From positions 2,238,919 to 2,302,918 of the forward strand of contig NW_019091361.1 of the NCBI RefSeq assembly GCF_001949145.1: a stretch of DNA of 64,000 bases. Direction: 5' to 3'. Shown here piece by piece: positions 1 to 14,854 of this stretch. The DNA is from Acanthaster planci (lineage: Eukaryota). The notes under the pieces are model-generated. The model ran no database searches. It was given only the letters and a program-made list of their open reading frames with translations, and had not been told where the DNA came from. The translations under genes and the position numbers were made by a program. Each line of letters begins with the position of its first letter. The first letter of the stretch is position 1.

Positions 1-3000
1 AAAGGCTGACTTCATCTAATGACATCACATTATATAGCGTCAAACAATGCGCAAGTTCGGGCGTGAACTATAGTTCAACCAGTAGTCAGATGCTTTTTAA
101 CAATGCACATGTGCAATTCAGTTACACATGAACAACCCCAGTCGGCCTATCTTTTAAAATATCATCAGTGCTCACATTTCACTGTTGACTGTGAATTTCG
201 CAGTACACATGGTCATTGAAATCTGGTATAGTTATTTTCATGTGAATGGTTCCCTCCTTAATTGATTTTTACATCACCATTTGGGGTTAGGGTTAACCCA
301 AACCCCAAATCCCATCATATTAAAATTGGAGGATTGAGGATTGTTATGGGTTAATTAAAAATGAAATGGGTCACTGATAACCAGCGGTGTAACCAAACCC
401 TGGAGCATGGTCCCAAATGATGGTAGTCCAAACCATCCATCGTTTGGGCAGTGTTAGTCACACACAGTCACATGTAACTACAGTCGTCGCTCAAACTTGC
501 CCACAATGGGATTGAACAAGAACAGTGCATAAATTGGTATGCATGTATGCACACTATGTGTTACTGATACCTGATATACACACGCATAGGTATTAATAAT
601 GTACATGTAAATGTGTGACAAGTCACAGCAGCTCTAGTGTTCAGTGCACAAGGTGTGTGTACATGGTTTCCCATTAGTCTAATGTGAAATAGAGTACACC
701 TAATGACAGTTTTCACTGGAATGTGCTCAATTCCCAGTTGGTTCTGTAACACCCTAAATGTAGGTGGGTGCCCAGTGCATACAGAACTGTGCGTTTGCAG
801 GTGTTTTTGAACTGGATACCTTTTTTCTGTATTAACAGCACGCCTTTTTTAATTATACCGGTACATGTACCAGCATGGAGCTGGCTACATGTACATGGAT
901 TTGCAATTAGCAGGTTGTTCTGCTAGTAATCCTTGATAATAACTACATTAATGAAGCTCAAACATAAATGCCTCAGCACTTTTTTTTTTACCTGTACTTA
1001 ATCAGGGGTGAGATTTGATGAGATGGAAATATCCACAAAATAATGAAAAGCAGCGTAGAGTCTTTGGTTTACATTTGTGTTTGCCTGACGCACCACTTAA
1101 CATACGGTACCCATTTCTTGTGTTCTACATTGTACCGGTATATCAACTTTTATACGTATTAAACACCACCTTAATAATAAATTCTGGATTTTCCACATTT
1201 TGAAAGAGATTGTCTAAAGATCCTGAAATCGGGGGGAAAAAAACAGAATTACATGTACATGTTGCTACTGACATCAGCGGTGAGGTACATGTACCTGGGT
1301 GCTTGGCACATGCAAGCCTAGCATAGTGTGTAGAGGCCGGTTCACATTTCCTTCACCCCTCTCTGTCAACACCAAACACACATACATCTACATCTGTACT
1401 AACACTGACAGTAACAGAGTCTCAATGACTGTCTATATTTGGGCTGTGTCTCACGGTATGCACATGTACTCAGGATCATCAGGGTTATACCTTTGACTAT
1501 GTTTGCCCCGTACATTGCCTTAGTCAGATGGTCAGATCAAGTGTATATTGAGCATCTCCACGGAAATTGTTGACTAGCACAGATTATGTGTAAACTCTTG
1601 CGCTTTCCACACTAGTCACTTGTTGGCAAAGCACTTCTTAAAGTGGAAAAAGTTAGATATTATACAGCATGTACAATGACTAACTTGATGCTTACCAAAA
1701 TTTGTTTGAATCGCGATGAAGATTGATTCCCAGGCTCAACACTACCATCCTAGGCACCATGAGAGATCCTCCTCTAGCAATCTCCTCTGATGGACAAGCT
1801 GCATCAGCTGGAAGAAGTTGAACAGAAATGATTCAGCACTAGTTACAGTGTCTTCAGGGCTGCATGCAAGTGTCTTGGCTGTAGCTGCTACGAATCCAGA
1901 GGTGAAGGATTCTGCAAGCAAGCGCATATCTGGAACATGTACTGCGCACAAACCAATTGAACTTCGTGCTCAACCCACTGGATCCAGAATGGCTGCAACG
2001 CTATCACTGGCCATCCCATTGCATCTGAAGGGGAGACCAAAAAATTCCTAGGGTACATGTAGCTCACTTTGTGAATTACTTTTTTTAATAATTAATTGAA
2101 ACTGGACAACTGCGTGACGAAGGATGGAAATGCATTTCTGTCACCTTGACAATACGGCGAGTTGGGTGTGGGGATGATAAGCATGGGGCTATCTTCATAA
2201 TGACCTGAGAAAACAAAAGGCGGTCCACTCAAGGAGTACAGCTACTGGTACATGTAACAGATGCTGCAAATTTTCAGTCTGCAGTTATTTTCAGAGAATG
2301 GAATTTCTGTTTGACAACAAGACAAAGCTTTTTTCAATGTGTAGTTACTAATGTTGCAATGAAAGATTTTGAGGTAGAACTTTCAACTTGTCTAAATAAA
2401 ATAATAACATAATGCTAGTGGATATCTGTATATAGTGCACATAGCATACATGTGCCATAAATTCTGATGCTCATGGCCCTGTTAACTCCAAAAAACCAAA
2501 CAGATTTAACAAAGAAGCAATCAAAACGGAAAACAAACGCACAAACAAAAGCAACACAATACATGCAGTTAGCATTAAGAAAGCACGAACAAGCCATTAA
2601 GTAAAGACACAGAAACAACAGACCAAAGAGACTTCCATGCGTGGTACACACTGAATGTACGAATCACATGCATTGGAAGGCGTGGTGCTCTACTGGTATA
2701 TCACCCTCAATGAAAAACAGAGAAAAGTTGCCTGCAGACCCAACAAAAGAATAATGATCATAGTACAGATTGTTAAAAATACAGGAAATGAAAAGCGACA
2801 AAAAATGAAGTACATTGTAAATAAGGAAAACTATTGTGGCTGTCGTGGTAAAGGAGAGCTTTCTATCTTAAGGTGTTGTTGCAAAAGTTTTTCTAAGACA
2901 TAACTTTTCTGCAACTTTGTACTCTTTCTTCAAGGTATGAAAACTCTTTCTCCTATTTGGTTAAATGCACTGAAAGGTGCACTTCTTTAAACACGTATAA

Positions 3001-5431
3001 TTATCCACGCTCTCTTGGAAAACAGAGGGCACTGTCACTGTGAAGTCATCTTGGGAAGATATACATGTAGTGTAGTGCATAGGTTTTCTGTTCACACTGT
3101 GAACCCAGAATTTACATGTACACATGTAAATGTACTTACCAAAAACATTTCTGAGGAAAGGACCGATGCTTGCTTATTGCTATGAGTGCCATACACATAA
3201 TTAACAATGAATCAGCAAAGAAGAGAAAATTTAGTCCAGCAAAATCTACAAAATACATGACTTTTTTTGTGTACAAACCAATGTTACATTGAGGTATTCT
3301 TCCTGGGATGACATCACAGTTTCACTCATGAATATGGAAATATCATTTTTTAGCATAAAAACAAAAAGGCAGTAAAATACCCATTGAAATAGTGAAACAA
3401 AAATTGGAAATGAGGCTAACTGAGACACAAAGGTACGCTTTGCAGGTTTGCATTAAAGCATTTTGATTGCAGCTACCCTTTACATACTGTTAGTTCTTAC
3501 AACTAAATCCTTCAAGTATTTTATTTCAATAAAAAAAAGAAATTTGAATAATTTTAATAAAATTATTCAACTTATTATCCCACTATTTCAAAATAAAATA
3601 CGGATTTGGGTTCTTTCATTGGTTTGGCTAAAGCGACAACAGTCCAATCTGAAATTTTTAAAGAGTATAAAATTCACAAATCCACAATCCTTTAAACTCT
3701 AGAGGCTGAAATGCCCCTTTAGGGAATCAATATAAAATCCCCAAAGAAGCCAAGACACCATGGCTACTGGCACATGTACCTGGGGGCATGGAGGCCATTC
3801 CTTCCTCCATGCTTAGGGGAAGGACACAACACGGCTGACTCACTTTTCCGTTTTCCATCACATCCGACCCCATGCACCATGATCTCTGCAATATCATTAC
3901 TTATTTACTAGTGCTCTATATACAGGTACAAGAAGTAAGAACGCAAAAGGCGTAACCACTCAAGCAGGTCACAACCCACATACTGTACAGTTGCCTGCCA
4001 CAGAACTTGATGAATGTTTCATGGTTTGACTAATAAGTGGTCTGATGAAGTGCAGGTTTAGCAGTGTACATGTACCTTAGGCGCATTAAGAACAACTTTG
4101 TTGTAGGGCAAAGCTGATGGAAAATTTGGGGGGGGGGGGCGGAGGAAGGGGCTTGCTTTGTCCTCTAGAGGTGTTATTTCTTTCTTTTTTTTATATCGTG
4201 TGCTTTGTTTTTTATTTTCAAGGGATTCTTCTTTTCGCTTTTCAAGGGCATGGAGTACACTGAATTTTTTCCCCGAAATTTGAACATTTTGTACCCGTGC
4301 AATAAATGTAATTTTAAACTCGGTTAAATGCATTTTTATTGTATTTCTGTCACTATCGAAATATATTTCAAAGTTGTATGCTAGCGGCATTGAAGTTGGA
4401 GGCCTTTGGGTCAAAGTTTTCAGGTAAACCTGTATAATTCCGGGCAAACTGAAATGTGCTACTGGTTCATTAATTTTGGTTCCATTCAGCTGCTGAGTAA
4501 GATAATACTTTGAAAAACAATAAACTGAAACTTATCGCTCAGCCATCTTTTAATGCCATGATTTGGTTTAGTAAGTTCTATACACCGTAAGCCTGTGAAG
4601 AAACTTGTGACTATACATGTACATGTACATGTACCATACATCTGTAACAAAGTATTTCTCGTATTCCCGTGGTATACCTGTACATGTTCTGGGTACATGG
4701 ATGTGAATCCACCTGCAAACTTGTGCAGAGTACCCATACCTTCATACTGACACTGTACAGTGTACATGTACATGTACATATATGTACAGTACTGCATCTT
4801 GAAGAAAAAATGTACTTAACCTGCATCAAGATGGAAGAAAACCCATTACAGTAGGTCCTTCAGGTGTCTTGTCTTGTAATTGGCTCTTGAATGCAAATTT
4901 GCTTTGCTGAGTTACGAGGCAACCTATGTGTACATTTATAGTACAGAGCTGAGACCCCTGGCTGAGCTGTAGTGCTCCCTCGCCACTTGACGTCCCTTGC
5001 TTCTTGCTCTTGAAACACTGACATGCATTAACTTACTTCCCCTTAAGACGGTCATTGAGAGGACATGCAAAAAGAAAAAAAAATTGTGTGTCCAGGCTCC
5101 ATGGTGTATCTTCAGAGCAGAGTAAAGGTTGGAAATTCGTCAGAGCAGAGTGAAGGTTGCACACAAAACAAAACAAAAAAGAAACGGAAATGAGGTACAT
5201 GTACCAGTATTTGGGCAAAGTTCAAGTCACAAATAAATGTACAATGTACGTGTACATGTACCAGACACATCATTTCTGTAGGAGTAAAATAAATTACATC
5301 TGCATGTAAGACTTAAAAGTTCTTGTACCACTTCTTTCAAAAAATACATTAAAATATTTACTTGGGGGTTTCGTAATGTGGGTAAATTTGACGGTTGGGT
5401 CCTAACAAAGGGTTTCTCACTGACTTATTGC

Positions 5432-5488
5432 TACATGTACCGGTACATGTATACATGTACCGGTACATGTATACATGTACCCGGTACC
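5432..5488. repeat. Tandem palindromic repeat (TACATGTACCGGTACATGTA)x2+
   Basis: Directly visible; part of the window-wide TACATGTA/(TACATG)n family. Confidence 0.9.
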
Positions 5489-8400
5489 TGCACAACAATA
5501 AGTCACTATGAAAAGAAAGCCAATTAAGGCCAGCAAAATATTTAAAATGAATACCATCTGCAAATGCAATGTTCCCTCACGTTCTTTGATTACATAAACT
5601 TTCATGTGAAACTACAGTAGTGAGGGTACCATATGCAGTGAGTATATGTAGTCTGGTTAGCGGTTCCCGCATTACCTTATTCGCCGCTGGGACAGGACCG
5701 AGTCTGTTATATAAGCCTTATCACTGATTGAATTCCCTGGTAGCCTATGCACAAAACGTATCATGGTACCATGCAAAACTGACAAAAGGAGCAGAATGTT
5801 CGCTCTTGAACTTCCCAAAGCTCTTCTGTCTCATGCGCGCGGAGAGTATCCAAGACAGAGGTATGACAATGAGGTTTTATTTCAGTGACATCACAGTTCT
5901 GTTCATAAATATGAAAATGAGGTTAACTGAGATACAAATGTACAGTTTGAATTTTTGAATTGGAAACTGCGTTGCAGTGAAAAACACCAGAGTCTTTCTG
6001 TCACCGAAAAAAGTTTCATAACATTTTGGTAATGCATGTCTCACTACAACATTCAAATAAAACTGACTGGATATCTACTCAGTGCACATACAAAAAACCC
6101 ACCTTGAAGGATATCATGATTTGGAGTTCATGCAGACAAGAATACGAAACGTGATAAATTTGGTCATGTTTTCACTATGAAACACTCATGAAAGTGTACA
6201 TACACTGTCCAAAGGACACGAACAGATGCATTGAAAGCATGCATACTGGTGCATGTAGAATGTGCATTTTAGATGCTCTCATACAGAGCGCATGAACAGC
6301 TTGGAACTTGCGACTGATTTGGATGAACACACGATTAAATTTACCAGACTGGCTTGCAGCCACAAATTAAATTTAGTGTGGACTGAGACAATCAACAAAT
6401 TTAATCAATAACAGGAGGCATATCGTTCACTGTACTGTAAAAGGTGCGGCAGGTTCCAACCAAACCCCCCCTCCCCCCAAAAAAGTGAGGCATGTCAGTG
6501 AACAAGGATGACTTGAGAATTACATATTTCATGGAGAGTAAATTCAGGAATCACTAACTACCAGAACCACATACGATATATATATGTATGTCATTGATCT
6601 GCACAAAATGCAGACTGTATGCTGTGCAAAGCTTACATGTACATGTACATGTATATATGCACACATGTAGGCCTACACGTGTACCGGTAAATGTACATGT
6701 ACGTATTGCCCAAGAGAATTACAGTGACTCTGTCCCTAAATGTCAATCTGTCAAGTGCTCTACAAATCACCTACACTGTAAATCCCAACTCAAGCAAAAA
6801 TAACACCACTTTCAACAGACGGAAAAGAAAATCAACATCTCCAAGCCAGACTACTTTAAGCCAGCCGCAGACAGCCTGATCATTTCAAGACCGGCTTAAT
6901 TTCTAAGACTGCCTGACTGCACTGAAAAGTCCAGCATGCACGATGTACATGTACGTGTATTGGTAGGTACCGTAATGTAGATCACCGAACAGCAAAGAGA
7001 CCCCATAGTATGCACACAGGTAGCTTTGAAACAGGCTCCAGATTTCACATACACGTACATACTACCGGTATATGTATATATAAGTGAAATGAATCAGAAC
7101 CTGTAAACTCAACATTCATAATGTATGTGCACACGGAAATAAAGGGACCCCACAAAACAAGGAACAACTTTTACAGGTTGACATCAAGAAAAGGTACAGG
7201 TATCCATTAACACAAATGTGCAAGATGAAAAGAATAAATACTGACGATAAAGCTACGTATATATTCTGACATAGACAGATACATGTACAGTGCAGTTCGA
7301 AGCATAGTCCAGAACTTTACAGCTGCAGCTGTAGTCTGGAACAGTCTAAGCCATGAAACATGCTCGGCTCGGCTCCCCAGAGTGATTTACTAGGAACCAT
7401 ACTCATTCACACAAATTCCAATACCACATGGTAAACTGTGCACAAAAACTGTTGGACTCTGTTTATTTTGGGTATGCCTGAACCCGTGTTAAACCACAAG
7501 CAGTTTAGGGGTACAGTACCCAGTGCCACAAATTCACACACTTTACTGGTGTTCAATTCTGTGTGGTTAGGGAAGGTTAGGGTTAATATTGTATTCAAGA
7601 TTATTTTTGTACATTTTTACTTAATCTTATACCTTTGTGTTTCTGTAGGACTGCTTTAAGACTTTAACTGACTTGATTTATTTGTATTAATTTTGTTAAT
7701 CCTGTGTTATTTTAAACAGATTTGTTGTCTGCTGTTGGTAGCTATTAATTGGGACAAATATCTCAGGACCCTGGGGAAAACCATGAGAATATCGTAAATC
7801 AGGCTATCCTGGTAAAAAATAATAAATAAATTAAATAAATAATATGTTTGCATCCAGCTCGAAGTTCATCAAGCTTATAAGGAAAAAATGCACCTGAATT
7901 TAACACAGTCCATGATATTGATACTCATCTGTAATTGTTGGAAATCTACCTTGGGTTTTTAATATTGTAGACCTCAACTGTTAAACCAAATCAATACGCA
8001 GGATGAGTCATATGCAGACTATGCATAATTCCCTCTTCACACAAAGGGATGAACTTCATTCTATAGATCCCTAGTGAGATTTTAGAACAGGTAAAATGCC
8101 CTAAATTCTAGAATTCCAGATTACTAATACATGTACATGTACATCCATCTTCCAAAACTTACAAACCAAACCCAATAGATGCTTCCATCCCCCAAAACTC
8201 GCACCTGAATTACATGTATTTTCATATCAAAATATTCATCAGACATTCTGGGCAGTGGTGCTGAAATGAACCGTAATTGACTGGAAAGTGTTGGACTCAC
8301 CTGTATAATACTATAACACTGCATACATTTACTTTAACATCTACCAACCATTCTTGTCCTCAGCTTTTCTTATTACAACCACAGAATTGTACCATTCTGA

Positions 8401-11400
8401 TGAACATTCAGCACGAATTCCACAGGAGCCTGCCTGTGAACAGATGAATCTATCGTGTAGTCCCCCTTCCCTTTTGGACAAATGTATCACTGGAAGTTTG
8501 CTGGATAAGTAAGCAGCAATTCTCAGGATTTTTTTTTCATAAAAACATGCCGATCAGGAAGTCTTGTTTTCCTTGCATTGGGAATTCTACATGTGTGAAT
8601 GAATTATGAATCTGTGCTTGTTCGCACGAGTTCAACTACATGTATCTCATGTGCACCAGAGTAAATAAGAGACACAGCAGACGGAAAACACATCGAGCCG
8701 ACAAACGGAAACATAAAACTTACCAATGATTAAATTTGTATGACAGGGAAAAGTTCGTGTAATCAAGCTCTTGCATGATGGATATGGTCAACTTCGACTC
8801 TCTGTGGGATATCCCACCTTCCACAAAATGCGTAGCTCCAATTCCTCTTCTTGACAAGAAAATAAGAATGTTCCATTTGCCACAAGACACCTTAAACCTG
8901 ATTGAAAATGTCACTTACTCACTTCACATTCCCCTGGGTACAAACCCATCAGTGTATTCAATTGGGAAAAGCATCGCCTTTTTCCCTGACTTGGGCGAGT
9001 GTTATTTCACTTACATGACAAGTACATGTACATGTACATGCAGCGTGTTCAGTCTCCAGTTTAAAGAACCCGCAGCTTAAAGCACCTGATATCGGTACCT
9101 GACATGTCACTTCTTAAGAGGTTACATATCACAGCAGCTGCTGTCAAGAGCATTCCCGCATGCAACATTCATAACAAGGAAAAAGTCATATTCAACGTTC
9201 ATTCAATCAAACAATAAAGGCTAAATAATATTCGGTGTCCATATCATATCGCATCTGAAATATTTTGCACTTTTAAACAATACTGGCTCAGTGTGTAGCG
9301 TCATATGTACCAGGAAGTGTTGTAACTCGTTAAAAATAACAGCTAGAGGCAGGTCAGGTGGCATTCTTTTTTTAATAAAATGATCTACGAACAACACTTT
9401 CAGGAGTACTAACGCAGATACATGTATTTTCAGTAAGTCCAATAAATCACATTCAAACTAAAGTCCACCCTTTTTTTTCTTTATTTACTGCCATTTCCAA
9501 TTTCAGATTTTCCCAAAACTGCATAAGGATTGTGCCATCAAAATAAGGTAGGCCAAAAAAAATGAAAGAAAGCATACGGTACCTTGTTTTGCCTAAACAT
9601 TGTCACATACAATGTAACAGTCTTCATTTTCCTTCTCCATCCTGTTTGATTTCTAATGACTCTAAAGTTTATTTCCAAGAATACGTCTGTAAATTTCACA
9701 ATATGTACAAGTTCATGTACCGGCACTACAGTCATGACAATTCCAGTGACAATCACTCTGGAAATACAGGTATCACCAAAGGAAAACGGAATTCCACTCA
9801 GATTGGAAATTTGAGACTGGAAATCAATCCGTCTGATGGAATGAATTTCACTGTAAACCACTCCAGACTCAAGTTTCAGCTGGGAGTGAAATTCGGCCCT
9901 TGGAAATCTGTAAAAAAATTGTGATAAACTTTGTGCAAACATTTCTAATTTGTTAACGTCACTACAAAACAGAACATCAATTGATAAAAAACTTCCTCAA
10001 ATCAACCCTTGAGAATTGACATGACAAATCATACAAGCCAAACGAACTGCACACATCATTTGTGGATGCATTATGCTTTTCACACTTTAATTTCAAAGGT
10101 TTTTTTGAAGGCTTCTTCTTAGTAGATATGGCAGCCCTTCAAACTGCAATTTCAATGCCTCAAGTGTTATTTCAAGGGGGCACTGACCTTTGACATCCAA
10201 TCTCCCACCTGGATTGAATAATTTGCAGAATTTTAATTACTGGGAAAGACCTTTTAAGCTGAATGTTGACAGACACAGTACCATTACATGTGGTTTTATG
10301 ACTTGTTAGAGTTACATGTACAACACAATAAATGCTTGGACATGTGTAAGTATCCCTGCATAATTTATTTTTACAAACTTTGAACCAAATTTCATTGATG
10401 GCTAGTTTACAATGTATTACTGTAACTTTAACGGCCACGTGGACTATGGAATTACAGTATATGGTGAACTCCGAAGAGCTGCACCAGTGATTTGAAACAC
10501 GAGTACCGGAAGTAAAATTTTATGAAAGTGTTGAAAATGTGACAATGTTCCTAAAATAACCACTGTCCCATCTGGCCATCGTTTTTGGAGAATGCGGTAG
10601 CCCAATGAATTTTTCAGTGGCCCAGGGGTCATGGGACCACCGTTAATTTCGACCCCTGATGGTACATGTACGCTTGGGCAATCAGTTCTTGTTTAGTCTA
10701 CAAATTCTAGGAAACCATGCCAGGACTGCCAACTCTAACGCCTCGAGCATGTGAGTCACACATTTCAAGTTAATCTCATGCTCTTACATTAGACATTTCA
10801 CCGATATTCTCATGCTAAAAACAATGTATAACATCTAACGAATATGAAACAACACTTTCACATCCTTTCTAGTTCTGAAAAACACAAACACTCTGAACCA
10901 CGTACTGTGAACATAAGATGGAAGATGATGCCAAGATGGTGAATGGTAAAAATACATGCGATGTACCAATGAGTCAGAAATGCATATATACATGTACCTG
11001 TAAGTAACTTCAAATGCAGCTGTACATGTACATGTGTGTAACACCTGCAAAATGTTAATCCAAAATTAACTGAAACAAATCCAAAATTAACTGATCTCCC
11101 CCGGTGCAAATCCATCCTTGGAAAAACGTTAATACCCTAATCTTAAAATGATTCCCCACTCATTTTATAGGATTGTTACTGCTTTTAAAAACCCTCAAAT
11201 TATGAAGTATACGAGAAATACTAGAAATCAGTTCTAAACATGATGGCAGTTTGCCCTACTCATTCACGGTGGCACATCTTGATGACTATTAGCAAATGGG
11301 CTTGAGGCAAGCAAATCCAAAATCTCATGCATAAACTACTGCCATTTATGCTCAAAACATGAACGTTGCTCAATCTTCACACTTCAACAGCACTCTTGAA

Positions 11401-12871
11401 TTGATTTTGTGGAGATTAAGCAAGAAAATGCACTGAGGGATTGCTAAAACACAAACAGTCTGGGCGACGGTGCATCTGAATGCTATGTGCCACAAGCCAG
11501 AGAATTAATGATGTGGAGGGCTGCCGGTATTGAATATTGATTGAGTTTCAGCGGGCTAAATATAGCAAAAACTCTAAACCTACTGGTACAACAGAGATAT
11601 CCTTTGAACTTGTCCGAAACTTTTCTTAAAGGGTCTAGAGACTCGAGCAGAATTCTGCTCTCTGAAGCTGCTGCAATTTCACAGGTACATGTACATGTAC
11701 ACGTAGAAGGGAAAAACTACTGCTTTCCCAAAAGGCAGTTGCCTCTTAATTTATGGCATTTTGACACCGGTGACAGGATATGCCCAATCCAACTTATATT
11801 ACACATACACACATGTACATGTACATGTAATTTCTAGTGTTTAGGCTCCTACCGGTGGCTAAGTTACATGTACTAATACATACATGTACCTCACCAAACT
11901 CCTGATGATGGACATGTACATGGATGTATCTGTATGTACATGTATGTACCGGGTACATTGTACAGTATCAAAAGCACTGCCAAGAACATTGATATGGAGG
12001 CTCAATACAACATTCAAAAAATTCCAAATTCTTTTTTTTGAACCAATCAATTTAACAGTTTCCAAATTTTTGGCACACTCCGTGAATTTTTTCCGTCCAG
12101 CATGCAGTCATTTTGAAGAAACAGTGACAATTTTGAAAAAAAAAGCCGTGCACGTACACTGTTACTTTGCAAGGAGGATCTGAAGTGCTGTTCGAAAAAC
12201 AGAGAACTTTTCACAAAAATCATCAGTTGTTTTCGGTAGCATTTGCTTGGGAAAAATATGGAAATGAAGTCAACATTGTCAAAAATGGTACTCAAATATT
12301 TATAGAATTTACCTCCTTTGTATTACAAATTTTTTGTAACAAAGGCAGGAATAAAATAAGTACATGTAGGTTTTTGAAGAGTCTTGAATAATTGACTCGG
12401 TGCATACATGTAAATCCAGCTTAATCCTCCTAATAACTTCCACTTTGAACCAAAACTAGTTTTAATTTTTAACGTTTGAAACTCTGTTTTTCAGCTTATT
12501 TCTTGTGCATCTGATTAACTTGGGATGTGCAGTCTTCTCATTTTTATTTTCCTTATTTTCTTTTTAACTCTAGGATATTTTGATTCTTTAAATTTATGTT
12601 CTTTATTAAGTTTCCTGTAAAATGTTTTTATTCAATACACTGACTGCAATTCAGACTTAATCTGCGTCAAGCTGCAGTAGCTGTTTGTGCCAGTAATAAT
12701 CCAAATGATAAAAAAGATCCATGGTGATTTGAAAATTTAATATTCAAAAATTGCAAACAATAATAACTCCACTTGAAAAGCACTACAGGTCTGTGCCTGA
12801 TGGTACATGTGAAAACTGTGCAATTTGAGCTCAACATTAAATGTATACAAATACGTGCACGGGTAGGCATT

Positions 12872-12968
12872 CACCACATTCAGGGGACAAGTTCTTTTGT
12901 TAGGGAAATTTGAACCGAGTTGTGGGGACATTTCCGAGTCCCACAACGTTTTTGGTCCCCACAACTAC
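12872..12968 (+). repeat. Dispersed repeat with TGTGGGGAC/GTCCCCACA inverted motifs, copy 1
   Basis: Near-identical to 14725-14854. Confidence 0.8.
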
Positions 12969-14724
12969 ATGTACGGTGCAGTAGGGTATGTACATGTACA
13001 TGTACTATACACATGTAACAACCCTTAAATTTGTGTCACAGAGTCAATTTACACTGATCCCATACATATGCCAACTACTGTACATACCTGTAGCGCATTA
13101 GTTTAGGCTCCAAATTTGAGCATAAAAAGAAAGCTTTTTTCAATCCAGTGACATCGTCCCCAAGGCTGTCACACCTCCCATTACTCAGTTTGCCCCAGGA
13201 ATGTACTGACAGCTGGGGGGGGTCTCTGCTACAGCCCTCCAAGGCAATTCTTTTTTGGCTTGAGTTCTTTTTAAACCCTAACCATTTTGAATCCAACAAG
13301 CATGCATTATTTCAATGGTCCCTAGGGAGGTTAAGGGTTAATTAATAATACAGTGTTCAACAGGACAAATTTTGTTATCCTGCATGTACGGTACATACTG
13401 TACGAAGCTGTATTTCATTTCCACCTCCCCTAAGAGTGTAAAATTCTACACCAGAGTTTCGCCTCACACACCAGAAAGATGTTCAAAATTACAAGAAAAG
13501 AATTGTTCTCATTAATTTTTTGCCCTCTCCCCCAGCATTTGATCCTTCCCCCCTCCCCCGGGTGGTTCTACCCTACATGTAGATCTGCTCGTGGAAGTAA
13601 ATGAAATATCCTCCCTCCCCGGAGCCAAACCAGCCTACACCCCTGGGAAATATTAAAACAGAATGATATCGGAGGGGGGTTTTAACAATGTATCCTGTTC
13701 TATCAGATATATTGGTATTAAGTTACCGTAGGCAAAAGGTGTCAGTTTGTTACCATGGCAACGTACATGTAGGAAGCTTTACCTGATCCTTGCGGAGTTA
13801 AAATTTCAAAAGACATTTCTGTGATGGAGGGAAACTTCCAGAAAGAAAGCACTTAAGTAAAGGTCACCACTTACTAGCACCGTCTGATAGAACAGCATAC
13901 ATTGTAAAAATTTGTTCAGACTGTCAGTCAGTTACTGTACCCAAGGGATTACTCTAAATCCAGCACACTGCGATGTGATTAGTCTGTCCGATTTTTATGT
14001 CATGCGCATTCCAACTGCATGAATGCACAGGTCTAAAGACCGGGTGTTGACTTCTTCAAGTTTATTTTGGAAAGGCTATAATTTCCTCCCGAGAACGATT
14101 ATTAGAAAAATCAATGTTCATGACAATCTGTACCGGTACTGTACATGGACGTGTATCCGCTGCACTTCTCAAGGGAACGGCATCATGGAAAGACATACCG
14201 CAGTATGCTTAACACACTGTACGTACATGTACAGTAGGCCAGCGCAATTAAGTTTGCCCATTGTTACCCATAGTCTCTAGTATTAACACACAATATTGAT
14301 TTCAATTTCAAAGGCATATTACATGATACATGCATACATGTACATGTATGGTACATGTACTGTACACTGTGTACACATGTACCTGGTACTTACTTTTGTA
14401 CACATCTACATGTACATGTGTATGTACCACGGTAGTACCTGTAGGGGGCCTAGTAGGCCCCCTACAGGTAAGAGTAAGCCCGGCCTACTCTTACCTTTTT
14501 CATTCTGAGTTTCAGTTAATATACTGGTGAGATTCAAACTTAACCAAAAACTAGTTTTAAAATGACTTCTGTGAAGTGGATTTTCAACCCTTACTGTCCT
14601 CAACCCCAAAATTTCAGACAACTTTTTGCACACTCTGGAGACGAAGGTTTAACATTTACAAAGTGCAAAACTGAATGTTCATTGCTTGCCACACACATGG
14701 AATGTGTACCACACAAAAAGCAGT

Positions 14725-14854
14725 CACCGCGTTCAGGGGGCAAGTTCTTTTGTGGGGAGAATTTGAACTGAGTTGTGGGGACATTTCTGCGTCCCGACCA
14801 CGTTTTTGGTCCCCACAAAACAGGTGAAATATCGAGTGTATGTCCCCACAACTA
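14725..14854 (+). repeat. Dispersed repeat, copy 2
   Basis: TTCAGGGG.CAAGTTCTTTTGT..GG..AATTTGAAC.GAGTTGTGGGGACATTTC shared with 12872-12968. Confidence 0.8.

Noticed and set aside
281..310. Telomeric TTAGGG repeats (here and at ~7575, 23565, 38330)
   Set aside because: Only 1-2 units each, located at MITE termini; not telomere arrays.
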